A stretch of DNA of 43,502 nt from Octopus bimaculoides. Lineage: Eukaryota. Positions 11,925 through 25,040 of this stretch are shown here, piece by piece (the first letter of the stretch is position 1; each line of letters begins with the position of its first letter). The stretch covers positions 964,448 to 1,007,949 of the forward strand of contig NC_069001.1 of NCBI RefSeq assembly GCF_001194135.2, read 5' to 3'. Below the pieces are notes generated by a model. The model was not told the origin of the DNA. It made no database searches and was given only the letters and a program-made list of their open reading frames with translations. The position numbers were made by a program, and so were the translations under genes.

Positions 11925-12091
11925 GCAATTAGAAGAGAGAATGAGAAAAAAGACAAGGGGAAGGGGACAGAGAAGAGGGGAGAATAGAAAAGGAACAACA
12001 GGGTAATGTGAGATGGGAGGAGGGGGAAGAGGAGAGGGGAACAAAGAGGTGGGAAAGAACATGTGGTTAACCACAGAATGAATATGAAAGG

Positions 12092-12125
<34 letters not shown>

Positions 12126-12145
12126 AGAGAGGAAACACAATTAGA

Positions 12146-12310
12146 TATGGCTGTGTAGTTAAGACGTTCACTCCCCAATCATGTGTATTTGGGGTTCAGT
12201 TCCACTGTGTGGCACTTTGGGCAAGTGCTTTCTACTATAGCCCCAGGAAGACCAAAGCTTTGAGAGTGGATTTGGTAGACGGAAACTGAAAGAAGCCTGT
12301 CACATATATG
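12146..12310 (+). mobile_element. tRNA-derived SINE family B (CORE-like cttgggcaagtg motif)
   Basis: atggctgtgtagttaag..ggttcagttccactgtgtggcactttgggcaagtgctttctactatagcc..gagtggatttggtagacggaaactgaaagaagcc. Relatives at 21560-21700 (+), 29690-29850 (+), 20590-20720 (-) and 35730-35860 (-). Confidence 0.75.
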
Positions 12311-12349
12311 TTTTCCTTCCTATCTATTAAAAGGAGGCACAAGCACTTT

Positions 12350-12500
12350 CACATGCATGTATACGCACGACAGGAACTTCTGCCAACCAAATTCAATCTC
12401 AAAGCTAAAGCAGAAGACATTTGCTCAAGATACCACACAGCGGGACTGAACCTGAAACCATATCATTGAGAAGCAAGTTTCCTAACTACACAGCCATTGT
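12350..12500 (-). mobile_element. Family B SINE copy, inverted relative to 12146-12310
   Basis: Reverse complement reads atggctgtgtagttaggaaacttgcttc..ggttcagtcccgctgtgtggtatcttgagcaaatgtcttctg. Confidence 0.7.
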
Positions 12501-12627
12501 ACAAGTGCATGTGTGTGTGTGTGTGTGTGTGTACAGGGAGAGGAGAAAGGTCCAATGGTGAGTAACTGTATTTCAAGAACAAGTGTTGCTCGGAGTTTGG
12601 TGACAGACAATCGAAAGGAATACTCAC

Positions 12628-12670
12628 CAACTCGTTTTGATGTCTTGGCACGGCGCCTCACAACCTGAGA
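12628..12670 (-). CDS. cnk: cnk exon SQVVRRRAKTSKRV (43 nt, phase 0 to 1), basic segment preceding the PH domain
   Basis: Acceptor ttttgttttcctctttag|TCT CAG; donor GTT G|gtgagt. The basic stretch parallels the Lys/Arg-rich segment before RRISCKDLG in vertebrate CNKSR2/IPCEF1. Confidence 0.85.
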
Positions 12671-14439
12671 CTAAAGAGGAAAACAAAAAACAGAATTAGA
12701 ATTCAGTATCATTTAAAATCTACATCATATTCACTCCCACATACACACAGCATTTCACGGGCTTAGATTGTTTGATGTGATCATACTGGAGCAATATTTC
12801 AAGAGTACCCCCCCCATACAAACTGCAACAACACATCTACAAAAACACACACAATTACCATGATTCTGCATGGCATTTAACCAAGAGGAGACATTTGTGT
12901 GATGCCTACAGTAAAAGTTACAAATCCTTGACTGGGTTAATGAAAGCTCGTCTTTCTTTTGCAGCTCATTAACAAGTAATGGTCACCGATTCATTAATGA
13001 GCCTGCTTCCGTCTGTACATATGTACACAATTTTTGTTATGTAATTAATACAATATAATTATGAGTTGGGGTATTGTCTAAGTGTAAAATAACGAGTGTA
13101 GATAATGTGTAAATATATTTATTCCAGTAATATTTCTGATTAAATATATATCATATACACACATTCAGACATGTTCACACACACACATGCATATATACAT
13201 ACATTAATACACACACACGCACACATGCATGTACCAATTTTTCACACGTGCACACACGCATATATCCATTTGTTCACACAAATACACACACACATGCCTA
13301 CACCCATTTCTTCACGTGCTATACATATATATATATACACACACACACGTTCATATATACATACACACACACGACATATCTTGCATGCACATTTATACAC
13401 ACACACACACTGACATGATTATACGCATGCATATACCCACGCAACACACATTCTCCCTCAAAAAGGCATTCAACAGTTTCTTTAATGGTTTCCCTTCCCC
13501 CTACAACCTCCCCCACCCCATTTTATTCCATCCCACCACCACCACCACCTTTTACTGCTGTCTTAAGTAAATGCAGCATGAACAACAACAACAAGAAAAA
13601 CATTACCAAAACAAAAAGAAAACATTTGCTGTTTAAATTAGCACCATTTTAGATCTTGTTTCTAGGTTTAAGTGGAGTGGTGGAGGTGGCGGTTGTGGTG
13701 GCAGTGGGGGTGGTAATGATGATGATGATGATGATGATTATCAGTAATGATTATAATAATGATGATGATGATGTTGCTGGTGGCGGAGGGGGTGTTCATA
13801 ATGAGGATGGTGGTAATGGTGGTGGTTTGTGATGGTAGTGACAATGATGATGATTATGAGCGTTTTGATGATGATGGGGGGAGTGGTGGTGGTGGTGGAG
13901 ACGATAATGAAGATTGTGATAATTTTGATGATAATGATGGTAACGAGGATAGTGATGGTAACGACTACAAAGTGGCAGAGTGGTGAGTTAAACATGAGAA
14001 TTGTAAACAAAAGCACTGGGAGTAGGTGGGGGGGGGGGGTGTAAAGAGGGGTTTGGTGTTGAGGGTGGTGGGGAAGGAGGAGGGTGTTGTTGTTCTCATT
14101 TTAGAGTAAAAACGAGCCAAAAACAAACAAAACAAATGAAATAATTATGACAGCTGGTGGAAGTCAGTAGTGAAGGTCTCTTCTGGGTAGAGGAGTGACG
14201 GGAGGAGGAGAAGATGGAATGAGGGGTTAGCTACAAGCCATCCCCCACCCACCTCACATTTATTTACTCTCTCTTTCACTCTCACTGCATTCGAAATATA
14301 TGTTTTTTGTTTAGCCCCAGGTCAACCTTGATTAAGCAGTCCTGTCAGTGGCATAGCTTGGGTGAGTGAATCACAAAGGCTAGCCACATTTTATATATAT
14401 GTGCGTTTGCTGTAATTAAAGGTATGTTATGTTTAAGGT

Positions 14440-14910
14440 ATGGAGAAGCAAAGGTTGTAGGTGGCTGAAGCTGTTCAAGACATTGGTCTGACCAGTTTCC
14501 CTCTACAGATGGCAAAACTGGAAAGTGACAAAAATGGAAGCAAAAAAGCAATGGACAGTTTCCAGTTTGGATGCTTAAGGAGAATACTTGACATCAAGTG
14601 GCTGCAAAAGGGTCTGAAATGACATAAGACGACAATGGGCATCAACTGGGGATAAGGATGAAATAAGATGCAGGCGCTGGAACCAGAGACATCCCCAGAC
14701 AAGATAGAGAAAGTGATTGTTTGGTAGAACTAAAGTGGAAGCCTGAGGAGAAAAGAGAAGCAGGACACTGTAGAACGAGATGGCGAAGGACTATGGACAA
14801 GGAAAGGAGGGAGGAGAAGGTGGAGTGAGACCAGAGCAGCAGCAGAAAAGAGAGCTGGTTGGAGAGACTGCGTTGAGGTCTGATGTACCTCATGGTAGGA
14901 AGGGAACAAA
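14440..14910 (+). mobile_element. Degenerate RTE-clade LINE 3' fragment (RT C-terminal region), with stops and frameshifts
   Basis: Manual translation: LKLFKTLV*PVSLY..WKVTKMEAKK / DSFQFGCLRRILDIKW / EIRCRRW / LKWKPEEKREAGHCRTRWRRT / WSETRAAAEKRAGWRDCVEV. This matches the RTE post-RT pattern. Confidence 0.8.
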
Positions 14911-15475
14911 CTATGTTTCAGGAAGAGAGAGGGTAGTCACTTTGGCTACTGCACAGGGTGACCAAAACCCATGCTTCTGCCACAGGGCCTAGAAATCAAG
15001 GGTTGCAAGAAATACTTCTCAGCCTTTTGTGTCTGATGGATTAAGAATTCTGCCATCTTTGCTGTATTTCTGTCTTTAATCCATTACCATTCTTCTCAGT
15101 GAGATGCAAGGTTTATCTATTCACATTGTTCTGAAAGAGTCATGAATTATCTCGTAACTTTGATGATGGGATTGTTTATATTGAGAATGACATTGCAGGG
15201 CAGTGGTGAGAGGCCAGACCTGGCCAGTTTGAACAGAAAATACCCTTGCAAAACACACACACACACACACACAAACTCTACCATCATCACTACTAACCAC
15301 AAACTAACAGATTAAGATTATCCAACCATTAATCCCATCCGAACACAATGGACAGTAAACAAAAATAAACAACACAGCCTAAAGGGATGACATGTGACTG
15401 CAAAGACGAGTGGTGGTGGTGGCATGTGACTGTAGTGGGGGGTGGAGGTGATGGTACTGTGCTGTTGGTGGTGGT

Positions 15476-15962
15476 NNNNNNNNNNNNNNNNNNNNNNNNN
15501 NNNNNNNNNNNNNNNNNNNNNNNNNNNNNNNNNNNNNNNNNNNNNNNNNNNNNNNNNNNNNNNNNNNNNNNNNNNNNNNNNNNNNNNNNNNNNNNNNNNN
15601 NNNNNNNNNNNNNNNNNNNNNNNNNNNNNNNNNNNNNNNNNNNNNNNNNNNNNNNNNNNNNNNNNNNNNNNNNNNNNNNNNNNNNNNNNNNNNNNNNNNN
15701 NNNNNNNNNNNNNNNNNNNNNNNNNNNNNNNNNNNNNNNNNNNNNNNNNNNNNNNNNNNNNNNNNNNNNNNNNNNNNNNNNNNNNNNNNNNNNNNNNNNN
15801 NNNNNNNNNNNNNNNNNNNNNNNNNNNNNNNNNNNNNNNNNNNNNNNNNNNNNNNNNNNNNNNNNNNNNNNNNNNNNNNNNNNNNNNNNNNNNNNNNNNN
15901 NNNNNNNNNNNNNNNNNNNNNNNNNNNNNNNNNNNNNNNNNNNNNNNNNNNNNNNNNNNNNN
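15476..15962. other. Assembly gap; other gaps at 16614-16882, 25316-25561, 32686-32695, 33704-33900 and 42227-42849
   Basis: Runs of N, mostly bordered by simple repeats. Small exons could be hidden in them. Confidence 1.
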
Positions 15963-17806
15963 AGTGTGCTGTTGGTGGTGGTGGTGGTGGTGGTGGTGGT
16001 GTGCTGTTGGTGGTGGTGGTGGTGGTGTGCATGACATGTGACTGAAACCAGCACTGCTGCCACTACTACCTTAAAAACTAGTAGTGTTGTGGTTGCAGTT
16101 ATGTGGTGGTGGTGGTGGTGGTGGTGGTAGTGTTGTTGTTCTTGTTGGCAGAGATGACGGTGTTGAAGATGGTTGAGATATTGGTGGTGGTGATAGTAAG
16201 GGCAATGGTAGTGGTTGATAGTGACAGCAGTAGTAGTTGTAGCAGTGGTAGCAGTAATGCCTTAATCTGTCAAGGCATCCAGCCACTTCATCATCATCAT
16301 CACCATCACCACTTCTAGAGACCTACATGAAATTTGAGTCAGTGTCCTTCATATGAAACTAGTGAAGTACGATGGCTGACCACTCACAGCCACTAATGAT
16401 GCAAACCCTTTCTGATGCACAACTTTCTAAACCCCACCACCACCACCACCACCACACATTCCCTGCTACCCCAACCCTTCTCTCTCTCTCTCTCATGACT
16501 GGCAAAATTGCGCAAGAAACAAAGGCCAGTCTGTATATTTTCAGGAAATACTTGAGAGTCGAGTGGAACTTGGTAAGGCTACGCTTTCAGACTGACCACG
16601 AAATAATCTATGGNNNNNNNNNNNNNNNNNNNNNNNNNNNNNNNNNNNNNNNNNNNNNNNNNNNNNNNNNNNNNNNNNNNNNNNNNNNNNNNNNNNNNNN
16701 NNNNNNNNNNNNNNNNNNNNNNNNNNNNNNNNNNNNNNNNNNNNNNNNNNNNNNNNNNNNNNNNNNNNNNNNNNNNNNNNNNNNNNNNNNNNNNNNNNNN
16801 NNNNNNNNNNNNNNNNNNNNNNNNNNNNNNNNNNNNNNNNNNNNNNNNNNNNNNNNNNNNNNNNNNNNNNNNNNNNNNNNNNAACACTAAATGAAAGACT
16901 GACAAATACATCCGGTCTTTAAGGAGCTCACCTAACCCTATGCACCACTTCAGATGATGAATTAACGGCTGTCACATTTCTCTGCTGGCCACAACATGTA
17001 AAACTGTGGTTAAGGAGTTCACTTGGGAACCACATTGCTGCAGGTTCAATCCTGCAGTGGAGGAGCAAGCATTTTCTACCACAGCCTTGGCTGGCTGGAT
17101 CAATGGCCTTGGTTGACCCCCAAGCCCTTATTACTGACACCTTGGGAGAGGGGGGGAGGTATTGGTTGATCTGGGGCTATAGATGAAGACACTTGCCCAA
17201 GGTGCTGTACAGTGGGATTGAACCCAAAAACACAGTTACAAAAAAAAAAAAAAAAAGCTAAACCACAAAGCCAAGCCTCAATAGAAAATTCCAATATCAG
17301 AAAAGAATCTTTAACAGAATGTCAAAACTATTTTTAGACATTCCATCCGTTCTTTCTCATTAATTAGATAAATTATGCAGCTGACCTGGCACTGCACTAT
17401 CTGCATTGTCAATGTGCAAGCGTTATCGACATTTCCATTATGTTACATACTGCAACATCTAATGCAGCTTATTGCACTTGTAATATACATGGTTGCTGCA
17501 CTAAAGGCCTGATGCACTGCCATGTGTAATAGAGGCATTGTGCACATACTCAGTGATGCACCTGTTATTGCCCACTGCACTATGAATGTTGAACGACACA
17601 TCTGCAGTATGATGCACCTGTGGAACTACAATGCATGACTGCTGCATCACACCTGCTACAATGTGCATCAAGTTACTACCTGTTGCACTATTTGCATTAT
17701 GGCTGGTGAACCGCATGTCTATAGCATGTTCTACTGAAGAACACATCAAATAATGTAGTCCTAGATACACTTAGCAAAAATATCTACTGGATTAGACCAG
17801 CTTAAG

Positions 17807-18270
17807 TTAATCCTTCTAACACCAACCTGCCTTGGTTCTCTGATACAAATTCGTTCCTTTAAAGATGATCTCAATTCAAACCTTTTCCTAAATGTTTAAT
17901 TGATGTTTTAAACATCAGCTCAATCATGGTGACAATCTTTTACTACATTCTGTTGTATTGTTATTTATTTATTTTGAAAATTAATTAAAGAACAGAGAGT
18001 TTCAACAGAAAAATGTTGATCTGAATTAAAACCTGCCATCAAAATTCCTCCAAAACACCAATAATGACCAAATTATTTTACTAAATTCTTTATTTTCAAA
18101 ATATGATAACAGACTTCCTGTTTTAAAGTGATCAAAGCTAAAACATTTCATTTATATTCCAAACACCAACTTAATTATAACCAAATTATTTTACTAAATT
18201 TTTTTCTAATTTTTAAAATTATACACAAAAGCTGCGTTTTTCAACAGAACAATGACAACAAAAGAGTTAA
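17807..18270. mobile_element. piggyBac-like MITE with about three internal tandem subrepeats
   Basis: TTAA-tcctt ... aaagag-TTAA ends. The internal block (aaacacca...aaattattttactaaattc...ttttcaaaat) is repeated. Confidence 0.5.
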
Positions 18271-18354
18271 AAAACACATCATAGCAATAAAAACCAACAA
18301 TAATAATAATACAAAAAGGCAAAAGAAAAGTTTAAAAAAAGGGTCAATACTCAC

Positions 18355-18418
18355 TTCTGATGTATTTTTACCCATTGGTATCATTTGGGCAACACCGCCC
18401 ACTACAGTACAAGTGTAA
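18355..18418 (-). CDS. cnk: cnk exon (S)YTCTVVGGVAQMIPMGKNTSE (64 nt, phase 2 to 0)
   Basis: Strong acceptor tcttctgtttttctctccccag|T TAC; donor GAA|gtgagt. Bridges the phase 2 donor at 25887 to the phase 0 acceptor at 12670. Confidence 0.8.
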
Positions 18419-19095
18419 CTGGGGAGAGAAAAACAGAAGACAAAAGATGAAGAAATGGTTGAACGGTGGAGATGAGAGAGAAGGAACAAATAATGGAAAG
18501 ACATTGATATTTTTTTGGAAGAAAACAGAGTTGAGATTAGGGACACACTGAGCAAACAGGACCCCATCTCCATAACGTATTATGGTCATTGCTCCTATTC
18601 TTCTTTACTATGTCCGACTGCCCAGAGGACAGAAGGCAAACATGAACCATGATGGGTGAAAGAGAGGGGGAGATGACAGTGGAGGAATAATAATAGTTTG
18701 GCATCAATGGTTTCTGAAGAAAATATATAAAGAGAAAAACAGGGAGGAGATCAGGGACCCAGCAAACTAACCCCTTAATTCCTTTGTAACTTATTTAGAC
18801 CTGATGTCACAATAACACATCAAACACAAACACACGCAAAATGTTAATGTGTTACACATATATATATATGGTCGTCATCACCATTGTTTTGCATCCACTT
18901 TCCATATCAGTATGGATTGGAAGGTTCAACAGGATCCAACAAGGGACCACAAAACAATAAAAACTCTATACTTTCTATCTTTTGCTTGTTTCATTCACTA
19001 GATGCTGCCACGCTGGGGGAACCGCCTTCAAAATATCACAATCTCATGAGATGTGTGTGTGTGTGCATAATGTACACAACCATATTAAGCTCTCA

Positions 19096-19138
<43 letters not shown>

Positions 19139-19404
19139 AACACATTTTAATATACACAAACATGTCATTATCTCCTTATATTCTTGTACCTAAATATTAG
19201 CAACAGTGCAGTAATTCTCAAGTCAGGCAAAAAGCCAAGAAAGATATGAAAACACCATCATCATCATCAACACCTGTTGCATTTGAGCTTGTTATCAGGA
19301 ACGGCCTTATCTCGGCTCTTTCAAGGATTCAATGAATGCACACGTATCTACACACACACACACATATATACAGTGTGATTAGGGTTATATAACAGGTGTG
19401 CGCA

Positions 19405-19456
<52 letters not shown>

Positions 19457-20009
19457 ACCAAAAAATGTGATTATGTTATACAACAGGTGTGTGTGTATAC
19501 ATACATATTTATATACACACACACACACACACACATATACAACCAAAAATGTGATTACATGTTATACAACAGGTTGTGTGTGTATATATACTATGTTGAG
19601 AAATAAATCTCATTTGGTCAGATTCCATGAGAGTCTCTTGGTCAGCCTATGAACATTTTAGCTAAACCTGGTACTTAATTATTCATTGAATCTTAGTCAA
19701 AAATGCTTGCACAGGTGCATGTTGTACAAACATACTACTATACATATATACACATTCAACAAGCATAAGCGGATAAGGAGCACACACACACACACAGCCC
19801 ATACACAAGATCATAACTAACCCCTCCCCACACACATACATTCAGTTCAACAACTGCAAAGAGATAAGGAGCACACACACCTCCCTGCCACCTGCCACAC
19901 ACACACACAACAGATATACATTGGAGATATGCACACACATACATACACACACACTAGATATACATATACACTGCAGATATACACACACACTACAAATACA
20001 TACACAAAC

Positions 20010-20059
<50 letters not shown>

Positions 20060-21828
20060 CATATACGCATACAATACACACAGAGATACTACACATACAG
20101 AGGAATACATAGAGATAATACACACACACAAACTACACAGATATATACATATATACAGGTATGTACACACACTCTACCCTACCACAGACAACATTCGTTT
20201 TTCCAAAGCTGTCATGTTTTCTGATGACTCAAAAAATGGGAAACACTTGGTTGTAAGAGGAATGTGACTGCACAGCAAGGCAGGCAGGCAGGCAGGTACC
20301 ATGGTGATGACATGACACAAGGGTTGATGTGTGACAAGGTCATGCCAAAATGACGCCTTCAGTATCGTTACAAAGACTTCCTTCTGGGGAAAGCAACAAA
20401 GCCACAACTTCTGATCTGTTTCTAAAACAATTCACATTTTACGTCAAAAGGCTTAAAGAATCGTCTCCAATCTTTTTGTTTTTGTTTTTAAAGCCTTACA
20501 CTATCTTAATCTGTTGGTCTCTTTTGCCAAGGACATAAACAGACCGACACCAGTGATCGAGCAGTGGTGGGAACAAACATGGGCACAAAAATACGCACAC
20601 ACACACACACCAGCTTCTTTCATTTTCTGTCTACCAAATCCACTCAGAAAGCTTTGGTTGGCTCATGGCTACAGCAGAAGACACTTGTCCAAGGTTCCAC
20701 GCAGGGGGACTGAACCCAGAAGGTATTAATTCCAGTTCTTTTATATTCAGTGTTCAAATTCTGCTGCGATCAACTTCACCTTTCATCCCCTTGGAATCAA
20801 TGAAACAGTAACTAATCCAAGATGGTGGCTTAACACATTGAACTGGATACCTTGTAGTATTAATTCCAGCTCCCTGAGTTCAAATCCTGCCTTGGCCTAT
20901 TCGGTGGTAGATTTCATCTGTTACCCAAGTTTAGCCCACCTATCTATCTGTCTGTATGTGTGCGTGCATATAAATGTATAGTTGTATGTGAGAGTGCACG
21001 TTTGTGCCCCCTTTGTCTTGACATTGTGTGAATATTGTGAATAAATGTCATCATGCGGAAAGATGTCTGGCCAGAATGATGACAAACTTTACCAGGCATG
21101 ACAAACAGACATACACCGCCCCCAATCCCCTCACCAGAGAAACATCCTCCACACACGAACCACCACCACCACCACCATCATGACCACATGCATGCACACA
21201 CACACACGCTCATAGACTACCTACCTTGCCACCCACTGCTCCACTCCTTACACATGCTGCTGGTAACAGACTAAACATCATCCTACCGATCGACCCACTG
21301 AAACTCTCAAAATCTCATGGGGGGGGGGGCACTAGCCCTTCACATTCTTCACATATCCAACACAGTATCACAAGGGATGGGTTTCCTCTCTGAGAAGGTG
21401 GTCGTTGCAGATCCAAAAACACACTCCACCCCCATCCTGCCCCCCTTTTGCAGCCCTTCAACTCCATCCCATACACTGGTCTACATCCTCACTGCTTTAC
21501 ATATATGGCTGGGATGGGTCACCTTTACTCTGACAGTGTCTAGACATAAATGTGACTGTGTGGTTAGGTGAGAAGTGTGCTTTGCAACCATGTGGTTTCA
21601 GGTTCAGTCCCACTGTGTGGTACCTTCAACAAGTTTCTTTCAGTTTAACCCAAGGTGAACCAATTCATTGCTAATGAATTAAGTAAATTGTAACTGTGTG
21701 AAAATTGTGAGTGTCTCTCTCTACTTTACAACACTCAGGGAGTATCGTAAGGAGGATCGATTTCTGAAGGGCTGCTTAAATGGGGCCCCAGAATTTTTAC
21801 TGCATTTACCTCACTCCTACGCTTATTG

Positions 21829-22151
21829 CAGGCATGTGCTATCAGTAATTATTCAGGGTAAATAGTTGGTGACATTTATGTAATCAAACACACAAAAAAT
21901 AAGCAAAACACAGGTGCACGACTGAGTTGGAGGCAGTTTTACTTCTGCCTTTAAAGTACGTAAAGAACACGTTGTTGTAGGAATGTACGCAGCACATGTA
22001 CTATAGCAGTTCTATGCATAGTAATCAGACTAAATTCATAATTTTATTGAATTAGGTGCATATTTTGCCCTAAAAGAAAAAGTGTTGCTATCAATCAATT
22101 TTATTCAAGATAGGCAGTGCCTACCTTGTCTACCTAGGTGGCATGTCCTTG
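21829..22151. mobile_element. Old hAT-like MITE, about 323 bp
   Basis: Degenerate CAGG/CAAG-type termini (caggcatgtgc / gcatgtccttg); flanks gcttattg / gcgtattg (7 of 8). Confidence 0.55.
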
Positions 22152-22882
22152 GCGTATTGTGCTTAGCACATTTGCAGAAATAAGTTTGGCCATTCTAAAT
22201 ACTTTCACCTACATTCAAATTGAGATAAATAGTTATAACAGGTACGTTTCAGGTGTGGATATTTATATTTTGTAATTTATGAAACTTATGTCTCGTAAAA
22301 CTAATTTCGTAAGTTTTTAAACATTTTTATTGCTGTTTAACAAGTTATCCTACTGACCAAGTAGACAATAGCAGACACACTGACCTGAAAAATAGTGATC
22401 TGGCATAAAAGATTTTTCCATTTATTTTTTTTAAAGTCAGTAAATAAGGATAAGATAGAGATATGGCTGCTATTTCTAGCATATGGAGTAACCCTATAAA
22501 AGCAACCTCATTGGACAAGAGGTAAAGCTACTGTATGTTGAAATATATATATATATATATATGCGCGTATACATAAATAATACATTTATACATAAACGCA
22601 CACATATATACACATAAAAACGCACACACAGATAACTATAAATAAATACACACACAGTTCTCATCTACCAACTTCGATTCACAATAATGAAGATACTTGC
22701 CCAAGGCGTCGAGCTGTTCGTGTGTGATGGTGGTGGTGGGGGAGCGGGTTACAGAAGCGTGCAAGTGTGGTTGCAAAGCGCGATATATCGTTTTTAACGG
22801 TGGGACTCGGAGTGGATAAAGCTATAAACGATAGCCTGTAAATATTTGGTTTAAAAAATTTAGAAAAGGTCGAAGACTGCCA

Positions 22883-22943
<61 letters not shown>

Positions 22944-22956
22944 GTTGTTGTTGTTA

Positions 22957-23170
22957 TGGCGGCGAGCTGGCAGAAACGTTAGCAGGCTGGGTAAAATGCT
23001 TAACGGCATTTAGTCCGTCCTTACGGTCGGAGTTCGAATTCTGCCGAGGTCAACGTTGCTTTTCATCCTTTCGGAGTCGATAAATGAAGTACCAGTGAAA
23101 CACTGGAGTCGATGTAATCGACTAGTCCCCTCACCCAAAATTGCAGGCCTTGTGCCCAGAGTGGAAAGGA
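22957..23170 (+). mobile_element. tRNA-derived SINE family A, near full-length copy
   Basis: ggcgagctggcagaaacgttagc A-box-like head, ggagttcgaattctgcc B-box, central cttttcatcctttcggagtcgataaatgaagtaccag domain and simple-repeat tail. Many relatives in the window. Confidence 0.8.
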
Positions 23171-23359
23171 TTACTACTATTATATCATATATTGTATAAA
23201 CATAATAGACAAAAACACATGCAAAGCACGCCATTCAACCGGTTCACGCTTCGTCACGAAGCACGTGCTTGTTATCTCATTCAACACGCACACGCAAGCT
23301 GACATAATAATCCAACATGTAGCACTTACAAACACACACAGACACATCTGTTAATATGA

Positions 23360-23390
<31 letters not shown>

Positions 23391-23866
23391 CTCACTCTCA
23401 CGCCTGCGACAACTGTGCTTACCACACCCGCCAATACCAGAGATTCTCTATGTGGTCGCTCAAGCCGCTAGAAATAGTAGCCAAGTCTCTAGCTCTACCA
23501 ATTGCGCTGTATCGTTTCAAATAAGGATTTTACAAAAAAAAAAGAAAAGAAAAAAAAGAATGTTAAATGATTCGGTAGTACTTAACATATCCAAGAAAAG
23601 GCAAGGTGGTCACTGTTGGAATTAACCCTTGGTCAGAATTCTACTCGAGTGGAGTTTTACTGGATCGAGGTAAAACACCCACTCTTCTGCTTGAAATGAA
23701 CAACTGAGCACACAAAACATGTCCGACATATATACACAAATTCTCATATACATATTTTTATGGTCACTTCCACTAATCTGTGTGTGTGTGTGTGTGTGTA
23801 CGGACACATGTACAATATACGTACAACTACTGCATGTATGCATACAAATACACAAATATGTACCGA

Positions 23867-23945
<79 letters not shown>

Positions 23946-24095
23946 ATATATGTGCATAATATATATGTATATGTTATACACCCACACGTATTATAATGCA
24001 CAAGAAAAAAATCGTCTCTCTTTTCGCAATTTTTCCATTGTATATACACAATCCACAAGCGCACACGTGTGTGTATATATATGTGTATATATACA

Positions 24096-24143
<48 letters not shown>

Positions 24144-25040
24144 TCACGATACATAGAAACCCGGTTGACAACATGTGACAGATTTTTCGTTTTTGCTCCA
24201 GACACAAAAAAGCGCAGTTCTTACCGAAATATATGAGTCTTCCTTTCTTCAATGAATGAACAGACCGTCTGGGTGTATCTGGGTGGGGGTGCGTGACCGC
24301 AGATGAATAAAGAGAAGAGGGGAGGGGTAGCAGGAAGACAGGCGAGAAGGGTGAGGAGAGAATGAGTGAAGTTTTGACGGGATATCAGCGCTGATGGTTG
24401 GTTGTAGGGGACTAAGGGCTCACATGAATGGTTAGTTTGTAGGGTAGCAGTGAGGCGGTGGAGGGTTCCGTTTCCTCGACAGACTGAAGTGTTGACAGAT
24501 GAGGGTTTAGGGTGTGACAGGAGAAAAAGAGGACACAGTAGCGTGGAAGGGTAATCACAGGGAAAGGGAGAAGGATGAGTGAATGAATGGATGGATAATA
24601 GATATTATACACACAGGCGCGCGAGCTGGGGTGGGAACAGGGTGTAGAAATGTAGACAGAAGGAGAAAATGGGACAGTTTAAATGTGTATATGTCTTTAA
24701 ACGAAAGAGCAGTCAATACATTCATATACACGCGAATATGTTTGAATAATTCTGTTCAATACTGCATCAGATTCAAAACCTAACGCGCGCGTGCGTGCGT
24801 GCGCGTGTGTTAATTGATTGTATGCAAAATTCTGATTCAATTTGAATCATTTGTTTAGAAAGACCAGACAACACGTCAAGAGGTCCATCAGGATGCTGGA
24901 CATGCTTCCGTGGTGGACTATAAACAGGTCGCAGCTTATGTATTGTGTGTACGGCCACGAGACTTTGGTCTACAATCAGCAAACACAAGAAAACAAGCGA
25001 AAATGCAAATACACACACACATACAAATGTCACTAAATGT

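Noticed and set aside
22957-23050. tRNA-like A/B boxes
   Set aside because: These are SINE heads followed by SINE body and tail; they give no complete cloverleaf, so they are not tRNA genes.
23330-23347. 18-nt in-frame AG...GTAAGT segment (RCVCVCF)
   Set aside because: It is made of (TG)n microsatellite with no real pyrimidine tract; most likely chance.
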